Origin: Nymphaea colorata
Taxonomy: Eukaryota
Assembly (NCBI RefSeq): GCF_008831285.2
Contig: NC_045138.2
Span: forward strand, 43,772,001 to 43,836,000
Length of the DNA: 64,000 nucleotides
Reading direction: 5' to 3'
The notes under the pieces were generated by a model. It ran no database searches. It worked only from the letters and a program-made list of their open reading frames with translations, and was not told the DNA's origin. This document shows positions 12,232-24,564 of the stretch, in pieces. Made by a program: the position numbers and the translations under genes. Numbering within the stretch: position 1 is the stretch's first letter; every line of letters begins with the position of its first letter.

Positions 12232-15200
12232 TGTCACACCCCGACCTTTTAACCCTCAAACCCCCTCTTTTTATTTTTTTATTTTATTTTTTTTTTTTCT
12301 GAACATAAATCATCGAGGTGTGACTACCCAACAATTCAAAAAGACGATGAGCCAAACAATTCAAAACAATGGGGCGAACTTTCATTTATATAACCATTTT
12401 GTTTCATACAAATTCACATCTATGTGCATGACCAAAATGCCCCAAAATCATAACATTGATGCCTAACAAAAAGAAGACATCAATAAAACCAAAACATGAC
12501 GCGCCGACACTACAAACGACAATCCCAAAACCTCCCCAGTAGGACGTGAGTGAAGCCATCTGCTCAACCTGTTGCCCCGGGTCCGCCAAAACCTGAAAAA
12601 GAAAACAACTGAAGGCTCAGCCTTCGCAGTATGGCAACAAGTCAGGAAAATGCCAAACCCTCTCAAGTAAGGCTCAAATAAAAGAACAAATATCAACCCA
12701 TCTATCGTCATGTCGTGTCAGAGTACGACACGTAAAAGCTACCTGATGGCCACGCTAACACAACATCAGTCACATGCGAAGCATACTTAAACATAACACT
12801 TGTATTCATATCATTCACATATGTGTCAGTCACATGCATTCTATCAAACACATTACATTTTCATTAACTTTAGTGCATTAACAGTTCCTGTGGGTGCAAC
12901 ACAGGCACGTGCACACCGCGGGCGGCCTACAGCCGAGAGACAACCCCCGTGGTGGCCCATAACAGTATGGATCCATTTCACCCGCTGCAGCGGTAGAGCA
13001 CTCTTCCCTGGATGTGTGAAGTCCAAGGTGAGATACTCAGCCTTCCCTAGGACAGCCAGGTTGGGAAGGCGGGAGCCCAACGCTCCAAGCACAACACACA
13101 ACAGAACCTTGGGGCCTTGCACCGCCTGCGCTCCGACAGGCGAGACCAGTGGCGAGAACGGGACGTCTCCCAAACACACAGCCACATCCCACTGGCCTCT
13201 CATCTCTTAATCATTCATTATTATCATTAGAATAATGCATTCACAAACTGACTGGCTAGCTCATGAGGTTGGTACACTCCACGAGTGCATTCACACCTCC
13301 AGTTGCCTCCACACGAGGTTTACACATAACACTAACAGTCATAGCTAGCCGTCAAACAATATGGGTACAATTACCCTCTATTTCATCCATTTGCATCGTT
13401 TCCCATGGCAATGCATATGCAACAACGTATACATTCATATCAATCATCACATCAATCCTCACATCAATCACGTCAATCACCTCTTTGAAAAACTTAGTCA
13501 ATCCACAGAGAGTAGTCTCGATCTGCGGTTGGCTCGTAGCTGTCCTATGCAGTTATTCTATGATGCTTTCTAATGTACAATTGGGGTCGAGGAGACACTC
13601 GACTCGATACCCCGCCTCATCTGTCCTAAACAGATATCAATTCTAGCATGCACATGCCAATGCGTAACATTTTCAAAACAAAAGACTAATAATCTTTCTA
13701 ACCCATTCATATCATATAAGCAACATACATATACTCATTCACAAAGCAGTCAATCAATTTAACATCACAATCCTAGGATCCCTTGATCCTAGGAGCACAC
13801 AATCACACATTTGCCCCAGGCAGGGATTTGCCTGGAATGTCGCCATACTTGTGGCGTGCTCACCAAATTCTTCAAAATGCCTCAAGCTTCGAACTCAAGG
13901 TCGACGGGATGTGCCCGGTGCACCTGCAAACATAAACAAGAATAAGGTTTCTACTAGATACCTACACAATTCAAACAAAAACGAACAAATACAAAATAAA
14001 ATCCTTGAGGCACGTGTCGTCGCCTCAAGAGGGTGTCGACAGGTAGTGTCGACCAACAAGCTCTCCAATAGGCCTCCTCCTTTACGCCTTGACGTTGCCT
14101 CGAAATATCAAAACCCTCAACCATCAATCAATCCATCACTAATTCCTTCCTCAATAACGTTCTTTAATTAAGACATCAACCCCAAAGTCACATCCAAATA
14201 CGTATACTTTCCCTAATTAACTTCATGATACACCCGTTCACGGAAGTTAGCGCTACACTCCCTAAGACGGTTCTAAATCTTCTCCACAACCTCACAATCT
14301 CTACCATGCTTCCCTAAAGCTTCGAAAATTAATCCATCATGCTTAAACGATCATTAAATACACGAATCATTACTTCCCAACACAAATCCTAAGTTTCCCC
14401 CAAAAACAAAATCACTAACAAGTCATCAATTCTAAGCTCTAGCATGCTCGAACAATAATTATACATGCTTTAGAAGATAATATTCATTACTTTGAGCTTG
14501 ATTAGGTATCGCTCACCCCAAAACAAGCGTCCAAACTGCTACAACCTTTCTAGCAACCACTTAACACGTCCGATCAAGTGCCAATGCTCGAGATTGCTTG
14601 CCGCCGCTGCTCATTACACGCCCTACTAGCTGGTAAGAGGGGAAAAACGTCCCTAAACTGCAATCCAACCCCAAAACGCCATAAAAAGAGTCAACACACG
14701 TCCAAATAAAGTTCAACACCAAATCTGTTGCTAGGAGAGACCCACGGTAGTAGTGGGAAAAGCTGAAATGAACAAGAGAAAAGGACGCTGACAGAGAGGA
14801 GAGATAGAGAGAGGAGGGGTTCAGTCAAGGGGGAAAACGGCAGTGGGGGTGAGAGAAGAGAGAAAGAGCAGGTGGGGGAGTGCGGGTGAGTGAGAAGAGG
14901 GTCGAGCGGTAGAGAACCAGTGGAAAAGGGGAAAGAGAGTGGCGAGAGAGAAGAAGAGGGGACGTGCGGCAGAGAAAAAAAACAAAAGGGCATGAGTGGC
15001 AGAGAAGGGAAAATCGCACGAGAGAGAGAGGGTTTACCAAGCCGCTGCCGCCGTAGTCGCTGCTGCCACCTCCGTCGCCGTTCCAGCCACCACCACACCG
15101 ACCGCCACTTCTCCTGCCTCTGCGCTGTCACGGGAGACCACCAGGAGACGACGAAGGAGGAAAAAGGGAAAGGCGAGGGAGAAGGGCCTCGCGTCGGGCT

Positions 15201-15275
15201 CCTTACGCGAGTGGGGGTCGGGTCCGGGTCTGGACCCTAACCCGACCCGACCTGCCAAAACGAACGAGCGTTACA
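12232..15275 (-). mobile_element. Tekay-like solo LTR, copy 2, 3044 bp, inserted in the integrase region of copia A
   Basis: TGTCAC...GTTACA termini, TSD CTGAC (12227-12231, 15276-15280). Confidence 0.9.
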
Positions 15276-16670
15276 CTGACTGGACGGACTCAAACTTGAA
15301 GGAAAACTACTTCGAGTGTGTTTGCCAAGTTGACAAGCTTCACACTCAAAGGTGTCAGACATAGACATATTGGGAAGAACATGACACAGCTTCGATGGAG
15401 AAGGATGACCCAACCGCAGGTGCCATTGTTATGGAGTGGGTTTTTGGGACATAGAAATAGCTGTAGAATCCACAGATGTCGACAAAAGGTAGACTCCCCC
15501 TTGCTCATGACCTCCACCAATCATCTTCTCAGTTTGTAAGTCCTGAAATACACAAGAATTAGGGTCAAACATGACTTTACATTGCAAACCAGATGTTAGC
15601 TGCTGTACTGACAATAGGTTTGTGAGTATATAAAACATTTGATAAACTTAATGAAGGGGAGATTTTAACATCACCACTTCCCATAATGGGAGAGAACCTG
15701 CCATCGGCTAATTTAACAAACCGTGGCCGATCAAACTTGGTCAAAGAAGAGAACAAACGCGGCCGACTACAAAAATGCCTCGAGGCACCTGAATCAATCA
15801 TCCAAACTGTACCTGGGTCGTGTGAAACTGTGGAAAGAGCAGAGCCAACTATTCCAGACGAGGCAGAGACTGATGTGGAATATGAAGCAGCTCTTTGAGA
15901 TAATATATGCTCATACTCAGAAGTCAGATGTTATTGACAGACTGAGGTAGAGTAATCGCCAGATGACTTAGCCTGTTATATGCCTTTGCCAAACCAGAGA
16001 TATCACTCCCAGTGAGCATTTGTGCCTTTGCCACTGAATATTTTGGAGAAAGACCTGCCAAAAACTTGGAAACCATACTTTGCTCATAATGGGTCTTATA
16101 GCACGACTTACATGGGGGCCGAAGGGATTTTAGTCGCTCAAAAGTGGCCTTGACTGCAGCAAAATATTGGGGCAAACTCATATCACCCTGTTGTAGTTTG
16201 TATAGTTCTTCTACCTGGAATACCTTGCTCATATTTTTTGTCATGTGAATAAGTCTCACTTAAAAAATGCCACATCTCCTTAACAGTAGTATAATATGCA
16301 ATGGTAGGAGAAATAGAAGAGTCCACACTATTCATGATCCAAGACATAACCATGTTGTTATCCTCTTCCCACGAAGCATATTTTCCAGCCTTGATAACTG
16401 GTTCATCTTCCTCAAGTAAATATTTTTTTCGATGTCCAGTGATTGACATCATGAATGATCTCGACCAGATTTCATAATTAAGACCATCTAATTTAACTGT
16501 AGAACCGTATGAGAATGGATTGCCTCCAATTTTAAACTCATGAGAGGAATCAGGTTTGAGATTTTCAGCCATTGTAAATCTGTCCACAATAGTTCAGCCG
16601 AAAGAGAATATATAGAGCAGAATAAGGCCGATAAGAAAAACAGGGACTAGCGCCACAACAAAAAAAATAT

Positions 16671-16940
16671 CGTGTAGATGAGCAGCACTTCTTCCAAATA
16701 AACTATAAATAACCACACAACAGATTGCTGTCCACGGCTGACAGCCACTCCACAACTACAAAACAAATTCACTCGAGCTGCACTTCTTCCAAATAAAATA
16801 TAAACAACCACACAGCAGATTGCTGTCCATGGCTGACAGCCACTCCACGACTACAAAACAAATTCACTCACGTGTAGATGGGCAGCACTTCTTCCCACAC
16901 AGCACATTCCTGTCCAGACAACAGCCACACCACGACTACC
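16671..16940. repeat. ~95-bp tandem repeat (2 full copies and 1 diverged) in the 5' UTR of copia A
   Basis: CACTTCTTCC...CAAAACAAATTCACTC recurs at 16686 and 16781, partially at 16886. Confidence 0.85.
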
Positions 16941-18740
16941 AAAAAAAAAATTCTACTCCTCAACCAGCAGTTCTTCATTTGGCTGCTCCACCATCTTATG
17001 TCAGTCCATAAGATATTAAAAGACACAGACTCCCACATAGCTGTGCCATTTTTTTTTTTTTTGATATCCATGGTTGGAGTCTATTCACACATATTTCTAA
17101 GCGTGGACAGACTCCTTCCCACGCTCCTTGCTGATGTTGCCGACCAGAACAAATGAAGGAAGAGAGGGAGAGGAGAAGAGGAGGGAGAGAGATCGCCGGA
17201 GAAGAGAAGGTCGCCGGAAGTTGGACAGTTGCCGGTGGTCACTTCGCCCGCTCTGATACCATGTTGCTTGAGAGAGAGAGAAAGAGATGAGGAGAGGGAG
17301 AGAGAGAGAGAGAAAACTGCACGATCTAACGTTAAATGAGAATTAGGGTAAAAAGAAGAAATTACAAAAACAGTCCAAGACTGGAACAACTATTAATAAA
17401 AGCTGCGGGCCGGATAGGGTCCAGACCCGGATCCAAACATACATAGCATGTCTACAAATTAGTTGACTGAAACATTTGATGGAGTGGGCTTGACATCATC
17501 ATAATTTACCTGTCACATGGACATTTAGAACAGTTAATTGTTGGCATGTCTTCTTGGCATGCATCTGAGATTGTGCATCCTTGTCTGTATTTTTTGGCGT
17601 TTTCTTTTGTTTTATATTTAGCTCATGTGCATAAGCATTTTAAAACTTATAAGGTTATAACCATAAAAAAAATTCTTCATCTGGGCATTGAAGTATTAGA
17701 AATATACATCTTTCTACGGGCTATGAAAAATTACTCACTTGGAGCAACAATATCCACATTTATTTGATGCAGAAAAACAGGCTTTGAAAAAGAAAATTTG
17801 TTGAAAAGAGTGTTTTCATTGCTTACTTCATCTAAGTGCTACACTGAAACTTTCCATCTTCCGTGGCATTTTCATTGCTAAGTTTTTAGGTTATATGCTT
17901 ATGCATTTGAAGGCTTGAATACAATAAATATCAAAGTTTCCTTATCTAGGCTACACGCTAAATATTAGAGCCATGCATAATTTTTTCAAGGATTATGAAT
18001 AATTTATTCATTCAAATGACATTTATGTCTATGTTTATCTGATGTAGAGAAGCTGATAGAGCTTTTGGAAAGGGAACATATTATCTTCACTTTCTATGCA
18101 GCCATTCGGTCTTCGATGGTGTAATTTTACATGTCTGTCACAATAACCTTGCCATGATGAAGCAGAGGTAGCAAAGCAAAGGAAAGCAATGTTGTTATTA
18201 GCTGAAATGAATATCTCTATATATAATAGTATAGCATTTGTCGTTTGCCAAGGGTATCTATTAGCACATTGGCCTTATCAGCTCAAAGCTGAGCGTAAAT
18301 TGTTAGGTCAGATGTCTTATTGGTATTGTTGTAGGCTTGTTTATCTGAAGTTGACAATCCCCCCCATATAATTGAACACATGAGCAGGAGTCATTTGAGG
18401 TCCAAGTGAGGCATCTTATTCACTATGTCTTTATATTCGAAAACAGCACATTATGTTTAGGATATATTGAAATACATTGGGGTGCATTTTACTTATCATT
18501 TATCTATTTTATCAGTACATGGCACAAATAATTTGTGATACATTCTTTATTCTGGTTAGTTTGCTTAACTTTATGTGTATAAATTGCCACTGTGGGTTGT
18601 GTAGTGGTGAACTATTTGTCTATATCACTGAAGAATACACAAAAAATTTTCCTGTTCAAGTTAGTATTTCTTTTCTATATTTTGTGTCATCCACTGTTAT
18701 TCTTGATAGAACATTTTTAATTTTTTATGCAATGCAACAG

Positions 18741-18944
18741 GTTCAGGAACCAGAATTATCTGGTGTCAGCCATTTGTTAGTGGATGAAATACATGAAAGA
18801 GGAATTAATGAGGACTTCCTGTTAATCATCTTACGTGATCTTCTTCCTCGGCGTCCAGATTTACGGCTTATTTTAATGAGTGCCACAATCAATGCTGAAC
18901 ATTTCTCCAAATATTTTGGAAATTCTCCTACAATTCACATACCG
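18741..18944 (+). CDS. DExH1: DExH1-like exon with motif II (DEIH) and motif III (MSAT)
   Basis: VDEIHERG...LILMSATIN, acAG|GTT and CCG|GTGG, 204 nt. Confidence 0.96.
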
Positions 18945-19037
18945 GTGGCTACTAGAATATTTGGCAAGATCAAAGATTTTATTATTTCTATTCCAAAGTC
19001 CATTGTTCTTAACAACGTTTCTTTCTCCTTTCCTTAG

Positions 19038-19193
19038 GGCTTCACTTTTCCAGTAAAGGAAGTGTTTCTAGAAGACTTGCTGGAAAAAACTCGTTACTGC
19101 ATCAACGAGTCAGAATCTGACAACTTTCAAGGAGCTGGTAGGAGAAGGAAACAGATGGAAGGGAAGAGAGATCCAGTGACTGATTTATTTGAG
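19038..19193 (+). CDS. DExH1: DExH1-like exon: GFTFPVKEVFLEDLLEKTRY...TDLFE
   Basis: G.TFPV...FLED motif, ttAG|GGC and GAG|GTATT, 156 nt. Confidence 0.93.
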
Positions 19194-19598
19194 GTATTAC
19201 TTTTCAGTTTTCCTATCTTTTTCTCCTTGGAGAAGTTATTGCTAATGCAGCTAAATTAAAGGGTCCTATGATTAAATTTGCTGCTACTTTTACATGCTAG
19301 ATGTCTTACCATCCCAATCTTCAGGTTGAGCCTATGCCCCATAGGTGCAAATATGTGCACCCAAGGTTGTAAACTGCACAATATAACATATATAGGCCAA
19401 AACAATAGGTAGATATGTTACGAAGCACAAAAAATTGTCAATTGAATTTTTTGTATTTGAAAGTACCAAGAAATAGAAAAATACAATAAAGAAAAAAAGG
19501 GAACAGAAGAAAGTTACCATACATAAGCATGAGCAAGTAGCAAACCAACAATCACTGGTTTCACATCCTCTCATCCTGATGGCATCATTAGTTTAACT

Positions 19599-21158
19599 CA
19601 CTGTCACAAATATCGCGTTTATTCGAAAAAACATGATAAATAGGTTAAATATCCCTCAGCCGTATAAAACGTCAATAAAACGTGTCTTTTTTAAAAAGAC
19701 ACCAGAAAACAAAAAATGCGAAAAGACGTGTTTTTTTCGCGTTGTTTTTTTCGCGTTTTTTTGTGTTTTTTTTACTGGATGTTAGATTTTTTTTTTTTGG
19801 TGTTCAGCCAATCTGTGAGTTTCTGTCTTTTAAATGTATTAAATAAGAGAGTGGTGATTAACCAGAAAAGTAAACATAATAAAGAAGAGAGAGTGCTGAA
19901 AGGTGCATGTAGTAATGAAGATTAGTTATGTAATAAAGAGGAGAGAGAGATGGAGAGGGAGAGAGAGCCCAGCTGCTCCTACGAAACCCTAGCCCATAGT
20001 TAATATAGCATTAACTGCTTCATTTACTCAGCCTTCATATCATGCAGCTGAGTGAATTGGGTCTAGCATGGGGACCAACCAAATTTATTATTTCATAAAT
20101 CCTACATATGGCTATTATTTACTTTTAAGCTATGTGACACGGATACGGCAATCTGGGTCACGTACCAGCGTCGACACGCGGATCCCGACACGTGGACACG
20201 ACAGGATACGTTTTGGATCGGGTCTGGGTCAGACCCGATCCAAACCACTTTCATAACCCGATTTTCTTTTTAATCCTCGTTTTCTTTTTACGCTTTACCC
20301 TCGAGGCGACAACACAGTTCGAAAATGGCAGGTGACGGCGACGACCTCTTGCGACATGCGGTGGCATCCGACGACAGACAGGTAAGTGTTTTTTCTTTTT
20401 CTTTTCGATGTTAGAAGTTAGGGTTTCAACTTTCATTTGGGGATTTTTTAGATTGGGTATTTCTTGCCGATTTGGAGATGTTTTCGTTTGAAGATTGGAC
20501 GGTTAATGATCCTATTCTTCAATGCTATGTGCGATATTTTCTTTTTTTTGTTTGATTTTGGGATTTGTGGATTTTGCCGATTTGGGGATTTTGCGTTCGT
20601 TCTTGTAAGGTGGCCGTTGCAACAGTCACTAGAATGTGCCGGAGGTTGCTGCTATCATTGAGGACTGTTTTAAATTATTCAGAAATAAATCTGCGACTGC
20701 ATGTTTATACTTTGTCAGTTTGTTGTATTGTTTTATTTCATCAATTTTGTGTTCATTATATGTTTTTTCCATCTTTTTATTATGTTTAATGTATTATGTT
20801 TAATTTTTTTGAATATAATATTCGCCATGTCCACTTGTCCTAAAATTTTGAAAATTGCCGTGTCCGCGTACCCGTACCCATAGGATACCCGTACCCATAG
20901 GATACCCGTACCCGTATCCGTGTGACATAGCTTTTAAGGTACTATTTTTCATCCACATCCTATCATGTTTATGATTTTATCTAATCATTTTACAATGTCT
21001 TATTATTAATTATTTATTTATTTTACTTTTATCTAATTTTTAAGATCTTTTTTAATTTATTAAAAAATTCCTGAGATTTTTTCAAGATATAACTTTACCG
21101 TGTTATACCCTAGAAATAACTCACCATATAATACGCGTACACAATATATGTGACAATG
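19599..21158. mobile_element. hAT-type non-autonomous element (outer)
   Basis: TIR CACTGTCACA/TGTGACAATG, 8-bp TSD GTTTAACT (19591-19598, 21159-21166). Confidence 0.85.
20130..20930. mobile_element. hAT-type MITE nested in 19599-21158
   Basis: TIR CTATGTGACACGGATACGG/CCGTATCCGTGTGACATAG, 8-bp TSD CTTTTAAG (20122-20129, 20931-20938). Confidence 0.92.
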
Positions 21159-21600
21159 GTTTAACTTAAAATTCTAAATGTTACAAAAATATGATCAAAC
21201 AATTTAACGTATAAACATCGTGGCAATGGTGGGTCAGCATCTTTCTATGTGCTAGTTCTTCATCTTCATTTTTAGTGCTTGAAATTGCTAGGTCTATGTT
21301 ATCTAAATTTAGCAATTTTGTTTACATACTTGAGACGTGGAGGAGATGATAGCATAAGAAGTTGCTTAAGAGGCCATGTCGAACTTGCCACAAGCAACAA
21401 TGAAATTCCTTAGTCCACTAGGAATTATACATTTACATGGTGGGACATGGTACCATAAGAAGTTCCTCAAGAGGACATCGGCAATTTGGCAACTTGCCAC
21501 AAGCAACATGAAATTCCTCAACTTCAACCAGTGCAATGCTTTGCAAGGACAACAAGAATGACCTTGGTATCACACACACACACACACGGTTGAGAGAGGG

Positions 21601-24564
21601 TGTCACACCCCAACCTTTTGACCCTCAAATAAATTTCTTTCTAAACATAAAACATTAAGATGCGACGACACAACAATTCAAAAGGAAATGAGCCATGCAA
21701 TTCAAAACCATGGGGTAACTTTCCATTATATAATCAATTTCTTTCATACAAAAATCACGTCAACACATATGACAAAAATGCCCCAAACCACACCTTTGAT
21801 GCCTAACAAAAACAAGACATCAAAGAGACCAAAACATGATGCGCTAGCACTACAAAAGACCCAAAACCTCCTAAGTAGGATGCGAGTTCAACCATTTGAT
21901 CAACCTGCTGCCCTGGGTCCGCCAAAACCTGAAAAATATAGACTTAGCATTCGCAGTATAGCAACAAGCCAGACAAATCCCTAACCCTCTAAGGTAAGAG
22001 CTCAAATATGGGATATAACAATTACAAAAGCAAATCACTATCATGTCGTGATAGGGCGTACAGTCACAAGACTTATCATGAAAGCCCCTCACATATACCA
22101 CGACATGTAAAGGTCTCTCAATGGCCACACAAAACACACTTAACAATCACATTCACTTCATTTACATACACTTTATTCACATTCCTTTCATTTACATTAG
22201 CTTTAGTGAATTTACAGTTCCTGTGGGTGCAAAACACAGGCACGTGCACACCGCGGGCGGCCTACAGTCGGGAGACAACCCCCGTGGTGGCCTGAAACAA
22301 TATGGATCCATTCACGCTGCAGCGGAAGAGCACTCGTCCATGGATGTGTGAATTCCAAGGAGAGATACTCAACCTTCCCTAGGACACCCAGTTTGGGAAG
22401 GCGGGAGCCCAACGCTCCAAGCACATCACACAACAATACCCTGGGGCCTTGCATCGCCTGCGCTTCGAACAGACGAGACCAGTGGCGAAGGCAAGACAAC
22501 TCCCAAACACATTGTCACAACCCACTAGCCTCTCATCTCTTATTCTTACTTAACATTATAGAAACACATTCACAAAATGACCGGTTAGCTCATGAGGTTG
22601 GTTCACTCCACGAGTGCACCCATATCTCCAAATGCCTCCACACGAGGGCTACACATATAGCTACATTCTTAGCTAGCCGTCATACAATATGGGTACAACT
22701 ACCCTTCAATCTCATTCAATTGCATTATTGCCCACTGCAATACATATGCAACAAATCACAACATTCACATTCATCAAAATTCACATTTATCAAAAGCATA
22801 AATCACATCTTTCAAAACTTAGTCAAATCCCAGAGAGTAGTCTCGATCCGTGATGGCTCGTAGCTGTCTTATGCAATTATTATTCTATGATGCTCTCTAA
22901 TGCACAATCGGGGTCGAGGAGATCCTCGACTCGATACCCCACCTCATCTGTCCTAAACAGTTATTAATTCTAGCATGCACATGCAGTTGCATAGTAATTT
23001 TCAAAACAAAAGTTATCACATAAGCATTCAATTCCCATGTATACATTCATTCAATTACATCACAATCATTCAATCACATCACAATCACAGGATCCAATGA
23101 TCATGAAAACACACATTCAAAAGTTGGCCCTATGCAGGGATTTGCCTGGAATGCTGCCATACTTATCGTGCGTTCACAAAACACTCAAAACGCCTCGAGC
23201 TTCGAATCTGGTCGCTCAAGGTCTACTGGATGTGCCCGGTGTACCTGCATCACAATCAAACGATAAGTTCTCTACTTGCTTCGCTTTACAATCTATACAA
23301 ATATGAAACATAACCATTGAGGTATGTCAGCGCCTCAAGAGGGTGTTGACGGGTAGTGTCGACCCACAAAGCCTTCCAATAGGCCTCTTCCCAACTCTTT
23401 GAGGTTGCAACCAACATCTAAACTCAAAGCTTCTATCACTAACACACTTTTCACTTTCTTTCCTTAGTTGAGGTGTCTTCCCAATAATTACACTCAACTT
23501 ACATGCTCTTTCCCAAGCAACAACGCAATATGCCCATTGACAATAGCATGTGCCACGTGTTTAGTAAAACAGTTCTAAATCTTCTCAACCACATCACATC
23601 TCTACCATGTTTCCAAATAGCTTCGAGAATCAACTTATCATGCTGAAAAGGTTATTATAAGCATGGATCATTGCCTCTCCAAAACAATCCTAGACTCTCC
23701 CCAAAAAGCAAAGTCGCTAGCATATATCTTAAAGTCATCAATACTTAATTCTAGCATCCTCAATCAATAATTATACATGTTCCAACAGAAAATATTCAAC
23801 AATCTAGGTTCGATTAGGCCTTGCTCACCCCAATTTTAGAGTCTTAGCTGCTGCAGTCCTCCCGGCAGCCACCTCACGAGTTCGAGTGATCCTCAAGCGG
23901 CTAAAATCCTTCAATGCTGCCACCACCAATGCCTTCTAGTCACTGTTATGAGGGAAGAACGCGTCCCCAAATTGCAATCCAATCCAACAACTACAAGAGA
24001 ATCAAAATCGGCGAAAAGGAGGTTTAAGAGAGGGGTCTGCCGTTAGAAGAGGCCCACGGTAGTTGTAAAAGGGGGCTGTGCGAGAGGGAAAGGGCGTGGG
24101 CAGAGGGGTGAGAGTGCTCGGTTGAGAGGGCTGGCGGTAAAAAGGGGGGGGAATCGAGTGGGGGAAATGGGGGAGATGGAGAGGAGGAGACGGGGGGAGA
24201 GAGAGCTCAAGCAGAGAGAGAGAGAGCGCGCGGCAGAAGAAGGGCGTTGTCAGAGGGAGAGGGTTACACAAGAGGGAGGAGGAGAAAAAGAAGAAGGAAG
24301 AGGCCAAGGGGGACCGACAGACTCACCTGCGCGCCGCCACCGTCGCCGTTCACGTTCGTCGCCCTTCACCAACCTCCGTCTTCTTCTCTACGTTGGCAAG
24401 AGTGGCAACGAAGGGGGAGCCAAGAGGAAGACAAGGGAGAAGAGGGAAGGATGAGGGAGAAGATGCGAGAGAAGAGCCCCTCGCACGACGGGCTCTTCAT
24501 GCGACTGGTTTCGGGTCTGGGTCTGGACCCGCTCCAGCCCGACCTGAAAACATAAAGCGTTACA
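21601..24564 (-). mobile_element. Tekay-like solo LTR, copy 3 (more diverged), 2964 bp
   Basis: TGTCAC...GTTACA termini, TSD GAGGG (21596-21600, 24565-24569). Confidence 0.88.

Larger units (their letters stand above)
9354..17439 (-). mobile_element. Decayed Ty1/copia LTR retrotransposon (element A), interrupted by solo LTR copy 2
   Basis: 3' LTR 9354-9618, PPT 9619-9630, RNase H (YSDADYAG, RSSAESEY, ADIFTKAL), RT (YVDD), integrase (QQNGVAERK), protease (IDSGAS), gag 15924-16587, PBS TGGTATCAGAGC 17250-17261, 5' LTR 17262-17439. Many frameshifts. Confidence 0.93.

Noticed and set aside
12881..13600. 5S rRNA-like words in the solo LTR (GTGTTGCACCC, GTGCTTGG, TGGGTG..TCCT(A)GGGAAG, CTAATGCAC), suggesting a Cassandra-like element
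   Set aside because: The matches are short, lie on both strands, and are not colinear over 120 nt. A cmsearch with the 5S model would settle it.
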